64,000 nucleotides of DNA, taken from the IMG/VR virus record IMGVR_UViG_3300023199_000051, positions 96,001 to 160,000 of that record; one strand, 5' to 3'. The notes under the pieces were generated by a model. It searched no databases. It had not been told where the DNA came from and saw only the letters and a program-made list of their open reading frames with translations. The position numbers and the translations under genes were made by a program. This document shows, in pieces, positions 45,174-55,666 of this stretch (position 1 is its first letter; each line of letters begins with the position of its first letter). The DNA is from a virus.

Positions 45174-47216
45174 GTGGCTAAGCGGGAGACCACCTACATC
45201 CACCGCGTGGAGACCAATCTCCTCGCCGGTGTCGGACGTCCTGAAGCGCTCGACCTGACCGAGATGACACTGCTCCATGGTGAGAATGGAGTTGGTAAGT
45301 CGCGTATTCTGTACGCACTGTCGCTGGGCCTCGAAGGCGTCGCAGACGACTTCATGGGCAAGACCAAGCCAGTCAAAACCAGCGCGGATCTGGTGCACCT
45401 CATCCCGCCAGGAGAGGACCAGCTCGAAGTGGTGCTCCACTTCCGCGGAGGCGACCTCGAAGGCAAGGAGGCTTCCTTCCGCATCAACGCTGAAGGGGGC
45501 AAGGCGCGTCGGCCGGACGGGCCGCACGTCCCATCGCTACTGCGTGGTAGCGAGTGGTTGATGCCCGTCCGCCGCATCGCAAGCTGGCTGCGCAAGAGCC
45601 CGAACAGCGCACGGGCCAAGTTCCTGCCCTACGTGGTCTCGGGAGTCAGCTCCGAGGACATTCGGCGCAAGCTGCCCGAGATGTACGAGGCCCCCGAGCA
45701 GACCGGGGGCAAGGCACCGGAGAGCATCGACGAGCTGGTCACCATGATCGACCTGGCCTCGAAGCGCATCAAGCGGGAGGGTGACCGTGCCCGCGAGCTG
45801 GGGCAGCAAGCCGAGCAGCAGGGCCAGGTACTCGACCCCGAACCCACCGACGCCCAGCTCGAAGAGGCAGAGGCAGCTGTGTCAGCAGCACAGACTGTGC
45901 TGGCGCAGAGCGGCCACGCTGCACTGCAGCAGCAGCTCGCTGCGGCCAAGCAGGAGCTGGCGGGTGTCGAGAGCCAGATCGACCAGGTAGCTCCGAAGCC
46001 GCAAGAGCCGGACCCACAGATGGTGAAGCTGCAGCAGCTCGTCCGAGAGGGCGCCCAGCTGCGGGAGAAGCTGATGGCGGCTGGTATGGACCTCAACACG
46101 GTCACCGGACTGCCCATGAGCACGCCCGAGGCCCAAGCCGGCATTCAGAAGATGCACAACGTGCAGGCCAACCTCACCGGCCAGCTCACGTCCTACAACA
46201 CCGCACAGTCCAAGCGCCAACGTGCAGAGGGCATCCTGCGGCAGAAGAAGGACACCGTGGCGAACCTGGAGCGCATGCTCCAGGCGCAAGGTGCTTCACC
46301 GGGACAGGCAGCTGTGCCACGAAGGCAAGCTGAGCAGAACCTCGAAGCGGCCAACAACCTGCTCCGGTCTCTCCGGGATCTACGGGCGAAGTACGAGAGC
46401 GCTCGCAGTGTGAAAGATGATGCCGCGGAGGCCAGCACGCTCAAGGAGTGGTGGTCGGGGTACAAGAAGGCCCTCGAAGGGGTGGTCGAGGAGCTGATCG
46501 AGGCAGCTGTCGACGACTTCTGTACGGGTGTGCAGCGGTACCTCCCTCCACAGTACACCTTCCACCTCTCCCTGCGCGACGACAACGGCCGACAGGTGTT
46601 CCGCCTCGGCTTGGAACATGAAGGCCACCTGTACACGCACCTGTCAGGTGCACAGCGTGCGCTGGCCTACTTCGCGCTCACCGCGGCGGTACTCGACCGG
46701 CTTCCCGGCGGGCCGCCTCCCTTCGCGCTGTTCACGCTCCCCGAAGAGCGCGCCCTGTCCCGCCGGCACCTCAAGTACCTGATGCGGGCATTCGCCAAGG
46801 TCAAGACGTCGTTCCCCTACCAGATCATCATCGGGAACATCGTCCGGCAGCGCGGCCAGTCGCTCCAGCCGTGGTCAGTGATCGACCTCGACGAGATCCG
46901 CAAGAAGGCCAAGAAGGCCCTCGAAGCGAAAGGAGAAGAGGAAGAAGGCGAAGCTGGTGATGACGCCGAAGACGCCGAAGACGCCGAAGACACCAGCGAC
47001 GACGCGGGTGGTGACAGCGGAGATGGCGGCGACAGCGTCAAGGGCAACAGTGAGGCAGCTGCGATGCCGAAGGCGCCGGCTGGCACAGCTGCAGAGGCGC
47101 TGAAGGGCGAAGGTGAAGGGAGCCCTGCTCCTACGAATGGTGCTGGCAGCCCGCCGGTTACCATGACCATCGACGAGATCACGAGCGCGATGGAACAGTC
47201 CATCAACGACCTCTAG
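45174..47216 (+). CDS. SMC/Rad50(SbcC)-like ABC ATPase with coiled coils
   Basis: GTG 45174 with a GGAGGT RBS; GENGVGKS; long coiled coil; LSGAQ signature; degenerate Walker B (LPEER). Confidence 0.8.
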   Translation: MAKRETTYIHRVETNLLAGVGRPEALDLTEMTLLHGENGVGKSRILYALSLGLEGVADDFMGKTKPVKTSADLVHLIPPGEDQLEVVLHFRGGDLEGKEASFRINAEGGKARRPDGPHVPSLLRGSEWLMPVRRIASWLRKSPNSARAKFLPYVVSGVSSEDIRRKLPEMYEAPEQTGGKAPESIDELVTMIDLASKRIKREGDRARELGQQAEQQGQVLDPEPTDAQLEEAEAAVSAAQTVLAQSGHAALQQQLAAAKQELAGVESQIDQVAPKPQEPDPQMVKLQQLVREGAQLREKLMAAGMDLNTVTGLPMSTPEAQAGIQKMHNVQANLTGQLTSYNTAQSKRQRAEGILRQKKDTVANLERMLQAQGASPGQAAVPRRQAEQNLEAANNLLRSLRDLRAKYESARSVKDDAAEASTLKEWWSGYKKALEGVVEELIEAAVDDFCTGVQRYLPPQYTFHLSLRDDNGRQVFRLGLEHEGHLYTHLSGAQRALAYFALTAAVLDRLPGGPPPFALFTLPEERALSRRHLKYLMRAFAKVKTSFPYQIIIGNIVRQRGQSLQPWSVIDLDEIRKKAKKALEAKGEEEEGEAGDDAEDAEDAEDTSDDAGGDSGDGGDSVKGNSEAAAMPKAPAGTAAEALKGEGEGSPAPTNGAGSPPVTMTIDEITSAMEQSINDL

Positions 47217-47283
47217 ACACTGCCATGAAGGGCTCGCTCTAAGGTGATACCTTGGGGCGAGCCTTCCCTTTGGAGACTGCTAC

Positions 47284-50200
47284 ATGGCTGACTGGAAACA
47301 GAAGTACGAGGCTCTGGTCTCGCCGTCAGGTCTCAACGAGTACCAACACGCCAGCGTCGATGAGCTGGTCCGAGCAGCCAAGACGCCGGCTCCATTGCGG
47401 CTCGTGGCTGCAGCTGGTTCGGGGAAGAGCCGCACGATCATCGCTGCAACCAGCAAGGCAGTGAACGAGGGCATTCTCCAACCAGAAGACATCATCGTCA
47501 CCACGTTCACGCGCAAGGCGGCCGACGAGCTGCAGGAGAAGATCAAGGCTCACGTCAACCCGAAGCTCTGGCATCGACTGTCCAAGCGCATCAACACCTT
47601 CCACGGCCTGGCGCTGCGCTGGTTGATGTCGAAGGGGACGAAGAACCAGCAAGTCATCGCGGAGTACCCCAACGGCTTCAAGCGTGACAAGAACCTGGAC
47701 GGGAAGGTCCGGACAAGGCGCCGTGAGGTAGGAGAGGAGGGTGAGACCAAGACGGAGACGGTTGGCCTCCCGATCAATGCGTCGCGCCTGTGGAGCCGGA
47801 TCATCGGCCAGCCTTGGTTCAACTACAAGAAGGGAGGCGGCAAGACCCCGCGAGAGATCCCCGGCTTGGAGGGGACCGGCTTCTACGGCCTCGACGTCTC
47901 CGGTTCCGACGAGGAGAAAGCAGCGGGTCTCGTGCCGACAGGGGGAGACTACGCACTCGCAATCGGTCTCATCCGGTCCCGAGCGAAGGCGCGCACCGAC
48001 GAGCATGCGCAGCAAGCACTCTGGGCCATGCAGCGCTTCGCAGGAGATGTCGTACTGGACAGCAGGGTCCTCGTTCAGGTGAGCCACGAGGAACAGCGAA
48101 AGGCCCGCGACTGGCTCGCCGACAACAAGTACAACATCGAGAGCCCGCTGCCTTTCATCGACCAGGCATGGAAGTGGTACGACCGCGCCAAGGACAAGCT
48201 CAAGGCATGGGACTTCGCGGACGCGCTTCACGTCTACTGGAAGCACGGTACCGAGTCCGCGAAGCTCATCATCGTCGACGAGGCACAAGACAACTCCTGG
48301 ATGCAGCTCGACATCGCCCGGCAAATCGCTGAAAGAGGAGGAGGAAAGTTCGCTATCGTCGGCGACGTGCGCCAGTCGATTTATTCGTGGAGGGGGGCCA
48401 TGCCTTCCTACATGGAGAACGCTGACAGGACGCATGGCGCCAAGACGCTGGAGATCCCGACCAACTACCGGAGCGGTCGCCAGATCGTCGAGCTGGGCAA
48501 CACCATCAGCGGAGGCAAGTCCTGGGCGGTGGGCAGCCAGGCCATCCCAGCTCGGCGCAACGACTTCCCAGCCCCCGCAGACTGGTACCGGCTCAACGCT
48601 GTGCAGGAAGGCGAGTCTCAAGCGGAGATCGCTCAACCGACCGCGCTGAGCTTCGTAGACGCTGTCGACGACCAGAAGCACAAGCTGCCGCGCGGGTACG
48701 TAGGTGTGCTCAACGCCGTCGATGGTGATCCGTCCGACGGAGCTGAGGAGATCGCGGCGGCCGTCAAGAAGGCGCTCGATGCAGGCGCAGACCCGAAGGA
48801 CATCGCTGTCCTGGTCCGAACCAACAGCCTCGGCGAGTTCATCGAGTTTGGACTGCTCAAGGCCGGCATCCCGGCCGTGCGCCTTGGCATGGACTACAAC
48901 TTCTTCGATCGCGCGTCGGTAGCAGCGGGCCTGGCCTACATGCTGATCTCGTCGCCGACCTACAACAGCAATCCGGCACTCGCCGAGCGGAGGGCGCGGA
49001 ACAAGCCGGCGCACCTCGAACGCATCGTGAACACTCCCAAGCGGTACCTCTCCCCCAAGAGGGTGACGAAGGCTGTCGCGGCGCACATGAAGCGCAACCC
49101 CGGCAGCTCGATCGTCGACGGCATTGATGCCATCATTCGGGGTGGCGGGCGGTACAACGGCAACTACGTGGCCTCCAAGTACCGCGGTGTCGAGAACCTA
49201 CGTGATCTGCGTGCGACCCTCATTGACTTGAGCAGCAAGTCCTGGGAGGAGCTACCACTCGCTGTCTACGACGTCCTCAACCCAGAGACGGATGAGGAGG
49301 ATGAAGAGGATGAGAGGGAGGACTCCGAGCGTGCCCTGTCCCGCAACCTGGCAGCCATCGCAGAAGGCTTCGATGACCTCAACACCTTCCTGCAGTTCGT
49401 TGGCCGTGTACAGCAGACACGGGTCTCGTTCCGCGACTCCGACATGGACAATGCAAAGAAGGCTGCCGAGGCTCAGAAGGCCATGTCCGAGCGTGTGACC
49501 ATCTCTACGGTGCACCGGAGTAAGGGCCTTCAGTGGCCAACCATCTTCATCCCATGTACCGACGGCATCTTCCCGCTGGACCGCGCGCTTGACCGTGACC
49601 CAGAAGAAGAGCTGCGCCTGTTCTACGTGGCCGTGACCCGTGCACAGGACAACTGCATCCTGACGTACTCGGACTACCGACTCGGGCGTAAGCCAGGACA
49701 GGTCTCTGTGGATAAGGTAGCAAGCACAGGGCCTGGACGGTACATCTACCGGATCTTCACCCCTTTCTACAGGGAGCAGCGCGCGCTCGATGAAGCGCTG
49801 CTCCGCGCGAAGCAGGCTCCGTGGAAGCTCGTCGATGATGACACCGAAGAGGCGCTGTTCAACCGTACCTTCACCTGGCGCAACCCAGTCGCCCCAGAGT
49901 GGTTCGTGCGCGTCGTTGAGCGTCCAGCTCCCAACGACCCGCAGACCAGTGATGAAGGTGTAGCGGGAGCGGTATGGACGGTCAGCAGTAAGTTCGGCGG
50001 GCAGGGCTGGCAGGTCGTGACCGCTCCAGAAGGTTTCCAGGGGGACGAGACCGTCCTCGATGACAGCGAGCGTGCACACTGGCGGATGCCTGCTGAAGCA
50101 GTAGAGGTGGCCATCACGTACATGGAGAGCAATGCTGGGAAGTCACACGTCGGCATCGACGATGCCGCCGAGATTCGCTTTGCGGACTTCGTGTCCTGGG

Positions 50201-52272
50201 TCGCACAGATGGAGGGGGAGGTTCGTGAAGGCCTGACCTACGCCGACTTCGCGACCTGGCTCACCGAGGATGCCTACAAGCAAGGCATCATCGACGACTT
50301 CCGGCGCATCATGGAGACCGCAGACAACCCCATCCGAGCGGCGTTGGGGTGGAGCCGGCTCACTGATCTGTGGGCGTCCGCGTCAGGGCAGGCCGAGCTG
50401 CACCCTTCCAGTACAGGTGAAGGGTACGCCATCACCGAGCGACCCGGCGCGCGCCCCCTCGGTGTGCTGTGGCGGAGCGGTGGCGAGCTGCAGTACCAGG
50501 GAGACATCCACCTACGCGAGCCGCAGAACCTCCACTACAGCGTCGCCGAGGTAGGAGATGGAGAGGTCACGACCCTGTGGCAGGATGGCAGTGGGGGCTC
50601 CTATCCCATGAGTGGTCCTCGCTACGTAGAAGGAAGCGCAGCCCTGCAGGATGCCCTCACAGCAGCTGCCCAGCGTGCCATCGCACAAGGGGCAGAGGCG
50701 GCAGAGGTGGAGACACCGGCCACCGTCGAGGCGCCTGCCGCGCCAGCTCGGGTAGCTGCGTCTCTCCCCGCCATCGGGTACGAGGTCCAAGCCCCCCCAG
50801 GCACCACCGAGCAGCAATGGGCTCAGCTTGTGCATGGCTGGCAGGACACCGAGCTGGGCAAGGAGTGGAAGCTCGATTCGAGCGGGTGGACTGCAACATG
50901 GACGCACCCTCCTACAGGCATGGTCATCCGCGTGGCCCACATCGACTTCATGGGCAACCCCATGCTGCAGGTGGCGCACAACCAGGCGCACCTGCAGCCC
51001 AACCGGGTGCAGTACGGCTCGCCAGACGCTGCTCTCAAGCAGGTGCAGGCCTGGCAGGCCGTCGTCGAGGAGATGGGAGACGGCGCCCCCGGCGCGGAGG
51101 CTACTCCCCCCAAGCTGCCGGCTGCACCGACAGCTTCCGCCAGACCGGAGACCGCGGGTACCACAGATGGTCTGATTGACCAGGTGAGGTGCGCCATCCT
51201 CGAAGTGCTGGCCGTCAGCACGGTGAAGATGGGCAGAGAGGGGGACACGGCAGGGCCACTCGAAGGAAACGTGCGAGAGGAGATGTCCAAGCGAGGCGTG
51301 TCTCACCTCGATGCCGCAATGGTCCACTTTCCCGAGGTGCTGTCGTCGTTGATCACAGCTGGAAAGGTGCGCGCGGACTACCAGCCAGACAAGCAGCTGT
51401 ATGGCCTCACGATGGCTGGTGCCGAGGATGCATGCCTGCTCCGGGCGAAGGCGACAGGGCAGGTGGACGCCGCTGTCCTGTCCGCGGTGCCCAGCGCCAA
51501 TGCCCCTGCGCGCCCGATCGTGTGGGTACGGCTCCCAGAAGTACCCACCCATGTACGTCGTACCCTGCCGGGCAAGCTCATCGTGAGCCGTCCTCTAGCG
51601 GGCGATCGGTCTGCACCAGCTACGGTGAGCATCCCACGACCGCATGACAGCACCGACAAGCGCTCTGCGCTGGTACGCGTGGGTAGCTTCGTGATGACGC
51701 AGGATCCCCCGAGTAAGGGAGGCGGCTTCCTGCAGAGCATCTACCGCGTCGAGCAGCCTATCAAGCCAGGGGGCCCCGGTGAGCTGGCCCTCGTAGCAAG
51801 CAAGAACTTCGACCCCTACAAGCCGGACGTCGAAGGTAGGCTGGCGCTGTGGCGCCTCGTGCGCGAGGAAGTGGATGCCGGGTGGGGTGGGGACGATCTG
51901 AGTCGTCTGCTCATCGAACAAGACATCACCGAGCCGGAAGACGTCGAAGCAGCTCGTGCCATCTTCGAAGCTGGAGGCTCTGGGGTGTACCAGGTAGGCG
52001 GTGAGCGTGGTCCCGAGCTGTGGATGCAGGCGAGTGGTGCGGGTGTCTACGCTCCGGGAGCAGACCGGTGGAGGGACGGCACAGTGCGGAAGCGGAAGCT
52101 GCGCGGCGTGACTCCACCACAAGTGGTGAGCCTCGCCGAGCAGGGCGCCTTAGAAGCCGCGTCGCTAGAAGGTGTCGAGGAGGACACCTACGTAGTGGCG
52201 TTCTCCGAGGAGCCCGAGCCGTCTCCTGCGCCTGGAAGCTCGGAGGGGCTCCCAGTGACCGGCGTCCCGTAG
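47284..52272 (+). CDS. UvrD/Rep-like SF1A helicase with an ~800-aa C-terminal extension of unknown function
   Basis: AAAGSGKS, TFTRKAA, VDEAQD, VGDVRQSIYSWRGA, NYRS, TVHRSKGLQW, EELRLFYVAVTRA. Confidence 0.9.
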   Translation: MADWKQKYEALVSPSGLNEYQHASVDELVRAAKTPAPLRLVAAAGSGKSRTIIAATSKAVNEGILQPEDIIVTTFTRKAADELQEKIKAHVNPKLWHRLSKRINTFHGLALRWLMSKGTKNQQVIAEYPNGFKRDKNLDGKVRTRRREVGEEGETKTETVGLPINASRLWSRIIGQPWFNYKKGGGKTPREIPGLEGTGFYGLDVSGSDEEKAAGLVPTGGDYALAIGLIRSRAKARTDEHAQQALWAMQRFAGDVVLDSRVLVQVSHEEQRKARDWLADNKYNIESPLPFIDQAWKWYDRAKDKLKAWDFADALHVYWKHGTESAKLIIVDEAQDNSWMQLDIARQIAERGGGKFAIVGDVRQSIYSWRGAMPSYMENADRTHGAKTLEIPTNYRSGRQIVELGNTISGGKSWAVGSQAIPARRNDFPAPADWYRLNAVQEGESQAEIAQPTALSFVDAVDDQKHKLPRGYVGVLNAVDGDPSDGAEEIAAAVKKALDAGADPKDIAVLVRTNSLGEFIEFGLLKAGIPAVRLGMDYNFFDRASVAAGLAYMLISSPTYNSNPALAERRARNKPAHLERIVNTPKRYLSPKRVTKAVAAHMKRNPGSSIVDGIDAIIRGGGRYNGNYVASKYRGVENLRDLRATLIDLSSKSWEELPLAVYDVLNPETDEEDEEDEREDSERALSRNLAAIAEGFDDLNTFLQFVGRVQQTRVSFRDSDMDNAKKAAEAQKAMSERVTISTVHRSKGLQWPTIFIPCTDGIFPLDRALDRDPEEELRLFYVAVTRAQDNCILTYSDYRLGRKPGQVSVDKVASTGPGRYIYRIFTPFYREQRALDEALLRAKQAPWKLVDDDTEEALFNRTFTWRNPVAPEWFVRVVERPAPNDPQTSDEGVAGAVWTVSSKFGGQGWQVVTAPEGFQGDETVLDDSERAHWRMPAEAVEVAITYMESNAGKSHVGIDDAAEIRFADFVSWVAQMEGEVREGLTYADFATWLTEDAYKQGIIDDFRRIMETADNPIRAALGWSRLTDLWASASGQAELHPSSTGEGYAITERPGARPLGVLWRSGGELQYQGDIHLREPQNLHYSVAEVGDGEVTTLWQDGSGGSYPMSGPRYVEGSAALQDALTAAAQRAIAQGAEAAEVETPATVEAPAAPARVAASLPAIGYEVQAPPGTTEQQWAQLVHGWQDTELGKEWKLDSSGWTATWTHPPTGMVIRVAHIDFMGNPMLQVAHNQAHLQPNRVQYGSPDAALKQVQAWQAVVEEMGDGAPGAEATPPKLPAAPTASARPETAGTTDGLIDQVRCAILEVLAVSTVKMGREGDTAGPLEGNVREEMSKRGVSHLDAAMVHFPEVLSSLITAGKVRADYQPDKQLYGLTMAGAEDACLLRAKATGQVDAAVLSAVPSANAPARPIVWVRLPEVPTHVRRTLPGKLIVSRPLAGDRSAPATVSIPRPHDSTDKRSALVRVGSFVMTQDPPSKGGGFLQSIYRVEQPIKPGGPGELALVASKNFDPYKPDVEGRLALWRLVREEVDAGWGGDDLSRLLIEQDITEPEDVEAARAIFEAGGSGVYQVGGERGPELWMQASGAGVYAPGADRWRDGTVRKRKLRGVTPPQVVSLAEQGALEAASLEGVEEDTYVVAFSEEPEPSPAPGSSEGLPVTGVP

Positions 52273-52472
52273 CGTGGACGGAGGTCTACGTAGCGCAGAT
52301 CGCCTGGGGACACGCCAGCCAGCTCGGCGATGGCTACCAGGTGTTCTTCGCGGGGTGCCGTAGCTCCTGTGCGCCAGCGGCACACCGAAGAGCGGGACAC
52401 ACCAAGCCTGTCTGCTAGCTCGGCATCGTTCCCGATCGTCGGTAGCACGACTGCGAGGTTGTCTCTGAGCAC
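52188..52472 (-). CDS. XRE-like HTH repressor
   Basis: NDAELADRLGVSRSSVCRWRTGATAP; divergent from the gene at 52571. Confidence 0.7.
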   Translation of the reverse strand: MLRDNLAVVLPTIGNDAELADRLGVSRSSVCRWRTGATAPREEHLVAIAELAGVSPGDLRYVDLRPRYGTPVTGSPSELPGAGDGSGSSENATT

Positions 52473-52570
52473 GTAGGCGCCTCTCTTCTACACCAGACTC
52501 TAGCGTTGCTGTGCACGCCGTGCAATATTCGCTATAGGCGTTATGGACGCGAAGAGCCCTCCGCAGTAGG

Positions 52571-53455
52571 ATGGGCCTCCTCCACGAACAGGCGGTGAAG
52601 AGCATGGCGGGAACCCCCCAGGAAGCATCCGAGAACGGACCGGAGCCGACCGAGACCCCGGTCAACGGAGGTGGAAAGCCGGTCGTTGACAACGGCGCTG
52701 AAGTGAAGGAAGCCGCCGACACCGAGAGAGAGGAAGAGGAAGGCATCGAGGGAACCGAAGGAGCAGCCGAGAGCAGCGAGGGTGTCCAGATCGAGCTGGT
52801 CTCCCCATCCGAAGAGGGCAACGACGAAGAGGGCGACGACGAAGAGGGCGGCCCTGACGACCCTGACGGCGCAGACATCGAACGTCTGGCGCATGAAGGC
52901 GTGCCCAGCAATATGCCGCGGTGGGTACGGGCCACCGTGAATCAGTTGCTCAGGGAGCGCAAGGCTGCCCACGACCACTACGGCCCTGCACTGCAGGAGA
53001 TTGGAGCAGCTCGCGCAGTGCTCACCGAGACCATCGTCGAACACGTCGATCTCGACGACAACGAGCGTGCAGAGGTGGAAGCGGGCCGTGCCGACCTGGT
53101 CCACTACGCGCAGCTGGTCAACCAGCTCGTCGAAGACATCAGCGAAGAGTGCGAAGACCGCCTCGACGCGGCACTCGGCTTCGCGCGCGTGTCCTGTGTA
53201 CTCAGAGGCGAGCCTCTTCCGCCATCTCTCGGTAAGCCAGGCCCCGTGACGCTCCGGCTGCAGCAGGTGCTCAAGGAGCATGCGCAGAGGGCGCTGTCCA
53301 GCATGCCAGGTGCGGACTCCCGAGCTGCAGGCCAGCGGGACTGTCCCCTCTGCACCTCGGAGGAGGCTGCCGAGCGCGGCGTCGAGCCGGGCATCATCTT
53401 TGGCATGCCCTGCCCGGTGTGCAAGGGCAACACCGTGATCGAGGTGTCGCCATGA
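52571..53455 (+). CDS. Acidic protein with a C-terminal Zn finger
   Basis: E/D-rich N-terminus; CPLC...CPVC. Confidence 0.7.
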   Translation: MGLLHEQAVKSMAGTPQEASENGPEPTETPVNGGGKPVVDNGAEVKEAADTEREEEEGIEGTEGAAESSEGVQIELVSPSEEGNDEEGDDEEGGPDDPDGADIERLAHEGVPSNMPRWVRATVNQLLRERKAAHDHYGPALQEIGAARAVLTETIVEHVDLDDNERAEVEAGRADLVHYAQLVNQLVEDISEECEDRLDAALGFARVSCVLRGEPLPPSLGKPGPVTLRLQQVLKEHAQRALSSMPGADSRAAGQRDCPLCTSEEAAERGVEPGIIFGMPCPVCKGNTVIEVSP

Positions 53456-53802
53456 TGGTGGTCAAGGTCTGCATGTGGCCGAACGGCGATGCGTCGAAAG
53501 AGCGCGTGATGTCGGTGGCCACCTTCACATGCAAGGGGCAGAGCAAGGAGGGTGAACGCCGCTACCAGGTGAAGCTCCTCAAGGATGCCCAGTTCTCCAA
53601 GCTCGACCTCAACGATCCCGGCGCCGTGCGCCGACCTCCTGGCCGCGAAGTCTGGAGGCAGGGGTGGGTTCGAGGTCACTTCCCAGGCCGGAGGGGGATC
53701 TGGGATCTCGTCGGCGGGGCACTGAACATGATGCTGGGATCCCGCCTGGTCTCCTACCGTCGAGACGACACGCTGCCGCGTGAAGCCAACATTACACCTT
53801 GA
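53452..53802 (+). CDS. Hypothetical protein
   Basis: ATGA overlap with the previous stop. Confidence 0.65.
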   Translation: MMVVKVCMWPNGDASKERVMSVATFTCKGQSKEGERRYQVKLLKDAQFSKLDLNDPGAVRRPPGREVWRQGWVRGHFPGRRGIWDLVGGALNMMLGSRLVSYRRDDTLPREANITP

Positions 53803-53871
53803 CAGACGGCCTACAGCTCTGTAGGTGTAGTGTGACATCCATCCCTACAAAGACGTAGAGGCGCAGGACAC

Positions 53872-54318
53872 ATGAAGCAGGGCAGTGACAAGCCGCTCAA
53901 CAAGGGTGCAGAGGCGGCCAGGGCCTTCGGGCGCAAGCTCCGCGAGCTGCGGAAGGCAGCTGGTCTGTCGCAGCGACTGCTGGTGCATGCAGCCTCTGAA
54001 GGCAACCACATCCCAGGCATCGTCACTCCGGCGATGGGCCACTGGGAAGTGGGTCGCCGCATCCCGCTGCCAGGCCAGCTGTACGTGATCATGGAGGCCT
54101 TGAACGCCACGGAGGCCAACCGGCTGGCCCTCCTTGACCTGGCGGCCGAGGCCAACCTCACCTACCGCGACATGATGGGGATGGTGGAAGGGCTGCCTGA
54201 CAGCGACCGTCTCCAGCGATGGGAGTTTCAGGCCGCCTCCTCCTTCCAAGGGCTCCGCGCCACCCGCAGCGAGTGGCGTCAGCTCAACAAGGAGGCGGCA
54301 GAAGAAGATGCAGCGTAG
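53872..54318 (+). CDS. XRE-family HTH regulator
   Basis: FGRKLRELRKAAGLSQ...MGHWEVGRRIP; TTGACA at 53799 upstream. Confidence 0.8.
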   Translation: MKQGSDKPLNKGAEAARAFGRKLRELRKAAGLSQRLLVHAASEGNHIPGIVTPAMGHWEVGRRIPLPGQLYVIMEALNATEANRLALLDLAAEANLTYRDMMGMVEGLPDSDRLQRWEFQAASSFQGLRATRSEWRQLNKEAAEEDAA

Positions 54319-54489
54319 CCGTCGAACCGATGCTTTTCCCCTGTGGGAAATCGAGAGTGGTGCTCTCGGCGGGGGTGTGGTGACCCCCATGGATCTGTAG
54401 AGGCTTCGGCCGACACAGCTCCCGAGTGGGCAGTCCTGGAGACAGGGCTGCCCACTTCTAGTTGTAGGGGCCCTGCGCATAGTGACAGG

Positions 54490-54733
54490 TTAGAAGTAGG
54501 GTTTCGCTGATGACTAGCGCTGTGTGGTACAGGAGGCTACAATAGGAGCACCTACGAGCGGTCCAGTGCTGCACTACAGCACGGTCACCGCTCGCAGGGA
54601 CCCTTGATCCTTGAAAACCAGCGGGTGTGTTAGCGAAAACGCACTCGTAAGCTGCTGGTGCCAGCAGCCTAAAAGGCACCCGCTCGCACAGCTACCCGGA
54701 GCCCCGCTCTGTGTGCGAATCGTGAGTAGGGAG
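54490..54733 (+). promoter_or_regulatory. Putative CRISPR leader
   Basis: Non-coding stretch adjacent to the four identical repeats; contains a duplicated CCGCTCGCA motif. The degenerate repeat is at the opposite end of the array. Confidence 0.6.
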
Positions 54734-55666
54734 GTCGCAGCGGTCTGCTGACTGCTGCGTGTGTTGGAGCGGCCTGCACAGCCCGCCGTCATCGAGCCCG
54801 TGCACGGTCGCAGCGGTCTGCTGACTGCTGCGTGTGTTGGAGCATCGCAACCGTGTCAAGCTGGTTCGTCGGCATCGGGTCGCAGCGGTCTGCTGACTGC
54901 TGCGTGTGTTGGAGCTGCGTGGCGAGGTGCTCCGCCCAGATGGCGTCTGGTCGCAGCGGTCTGCTGACTGCTGCGTGTGTTGGAGGTAGTCGGAGGAGTC
55001 GATGGCGCCGCGGGGGTGGTCGTCGCAGCGGTCTGCTGACTGCTGCGTGTGTTGAAGGCGACTGGAGCTGCGCACCTTGTGCCGGGCAACGCGAGGTCGC
55101 AGCGGTTTGCTGACTGCTTCGTGTGTTGAAGGGTCATCGGCACCCGGCGCACGATCGGGATGCCACTTCGTCGCAGCGGTCTGCTGACTGCTGCGTGTGT
55201 TGGAGGGTCATGGTGGTCTCCGCTAGCATCGCGGAGGACCTCGGGCGCAGCGGTCCGAGGGCTGCTGCGTGTGTTGGAGCGCGGAAGTACCGGGCTTCGA
55301 CCTGGGCGTCTGTTGCCTCCGGCGCAGCGGTCTGCTGACTGCTGCGTGTGTTGGAGAGAGGCGTGTGTTGGAGGTGGGATGGGTGGTCATCGGATACCAT
55401 ATTCATGCTCGTCGCAGCGGTCTGCTGACTGCTGCGTGTGTTGGAGGCCCATCCGGGAGGTCATCGACGACCTCGCCGAGCAGGTCGCAGTGGTTGAGAG
55501 GCCGCTGCGTGTGTTGGAGGATCAGGAAGAAGGCCAACTGGAAGGGGCGCCACTCGGGGCCGCAGCGGTCTGTTGACTGCTGCGTGTGTTGGAGCCCGTT
55601 TCCGCCCTTCAGAAACACTGTGCCGGCGGGGTCGCAGCGGTCTGCTGACTGCTGCGTGTGTTGAAG
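54734..55666 (+). CRISPR. CRISPR array: 13 x 36-bp repeats (consensus GTCGCAGCGGTCTGCTGACTGCTGCGTGTGTTGGAG), type I-C-like
   Basis: Repeats start at 54734, 54807, 54879, 54950, 55022, 55096, 55170, 55244, 55321, 55411, 55484, 55559 and 55631. Spacers are unique and 35-41 bp, except one 54-bp interval containing a repeat fragment. 8-bp stem GCAGCGGT/ACTGCTGC. A degenerate half-repeat lies at 55707-55718. Confidence 0.97.

Noticed and set aside
55447-55483. Spacer resembling 32225-32254 (IREVIDDLA vs IRAVIDEIA) as self-targeting
   Set aside because: Only about 20 of 30 nt match, with scattered mismatches, which is compatible with chance in GC-rich coding DNA.
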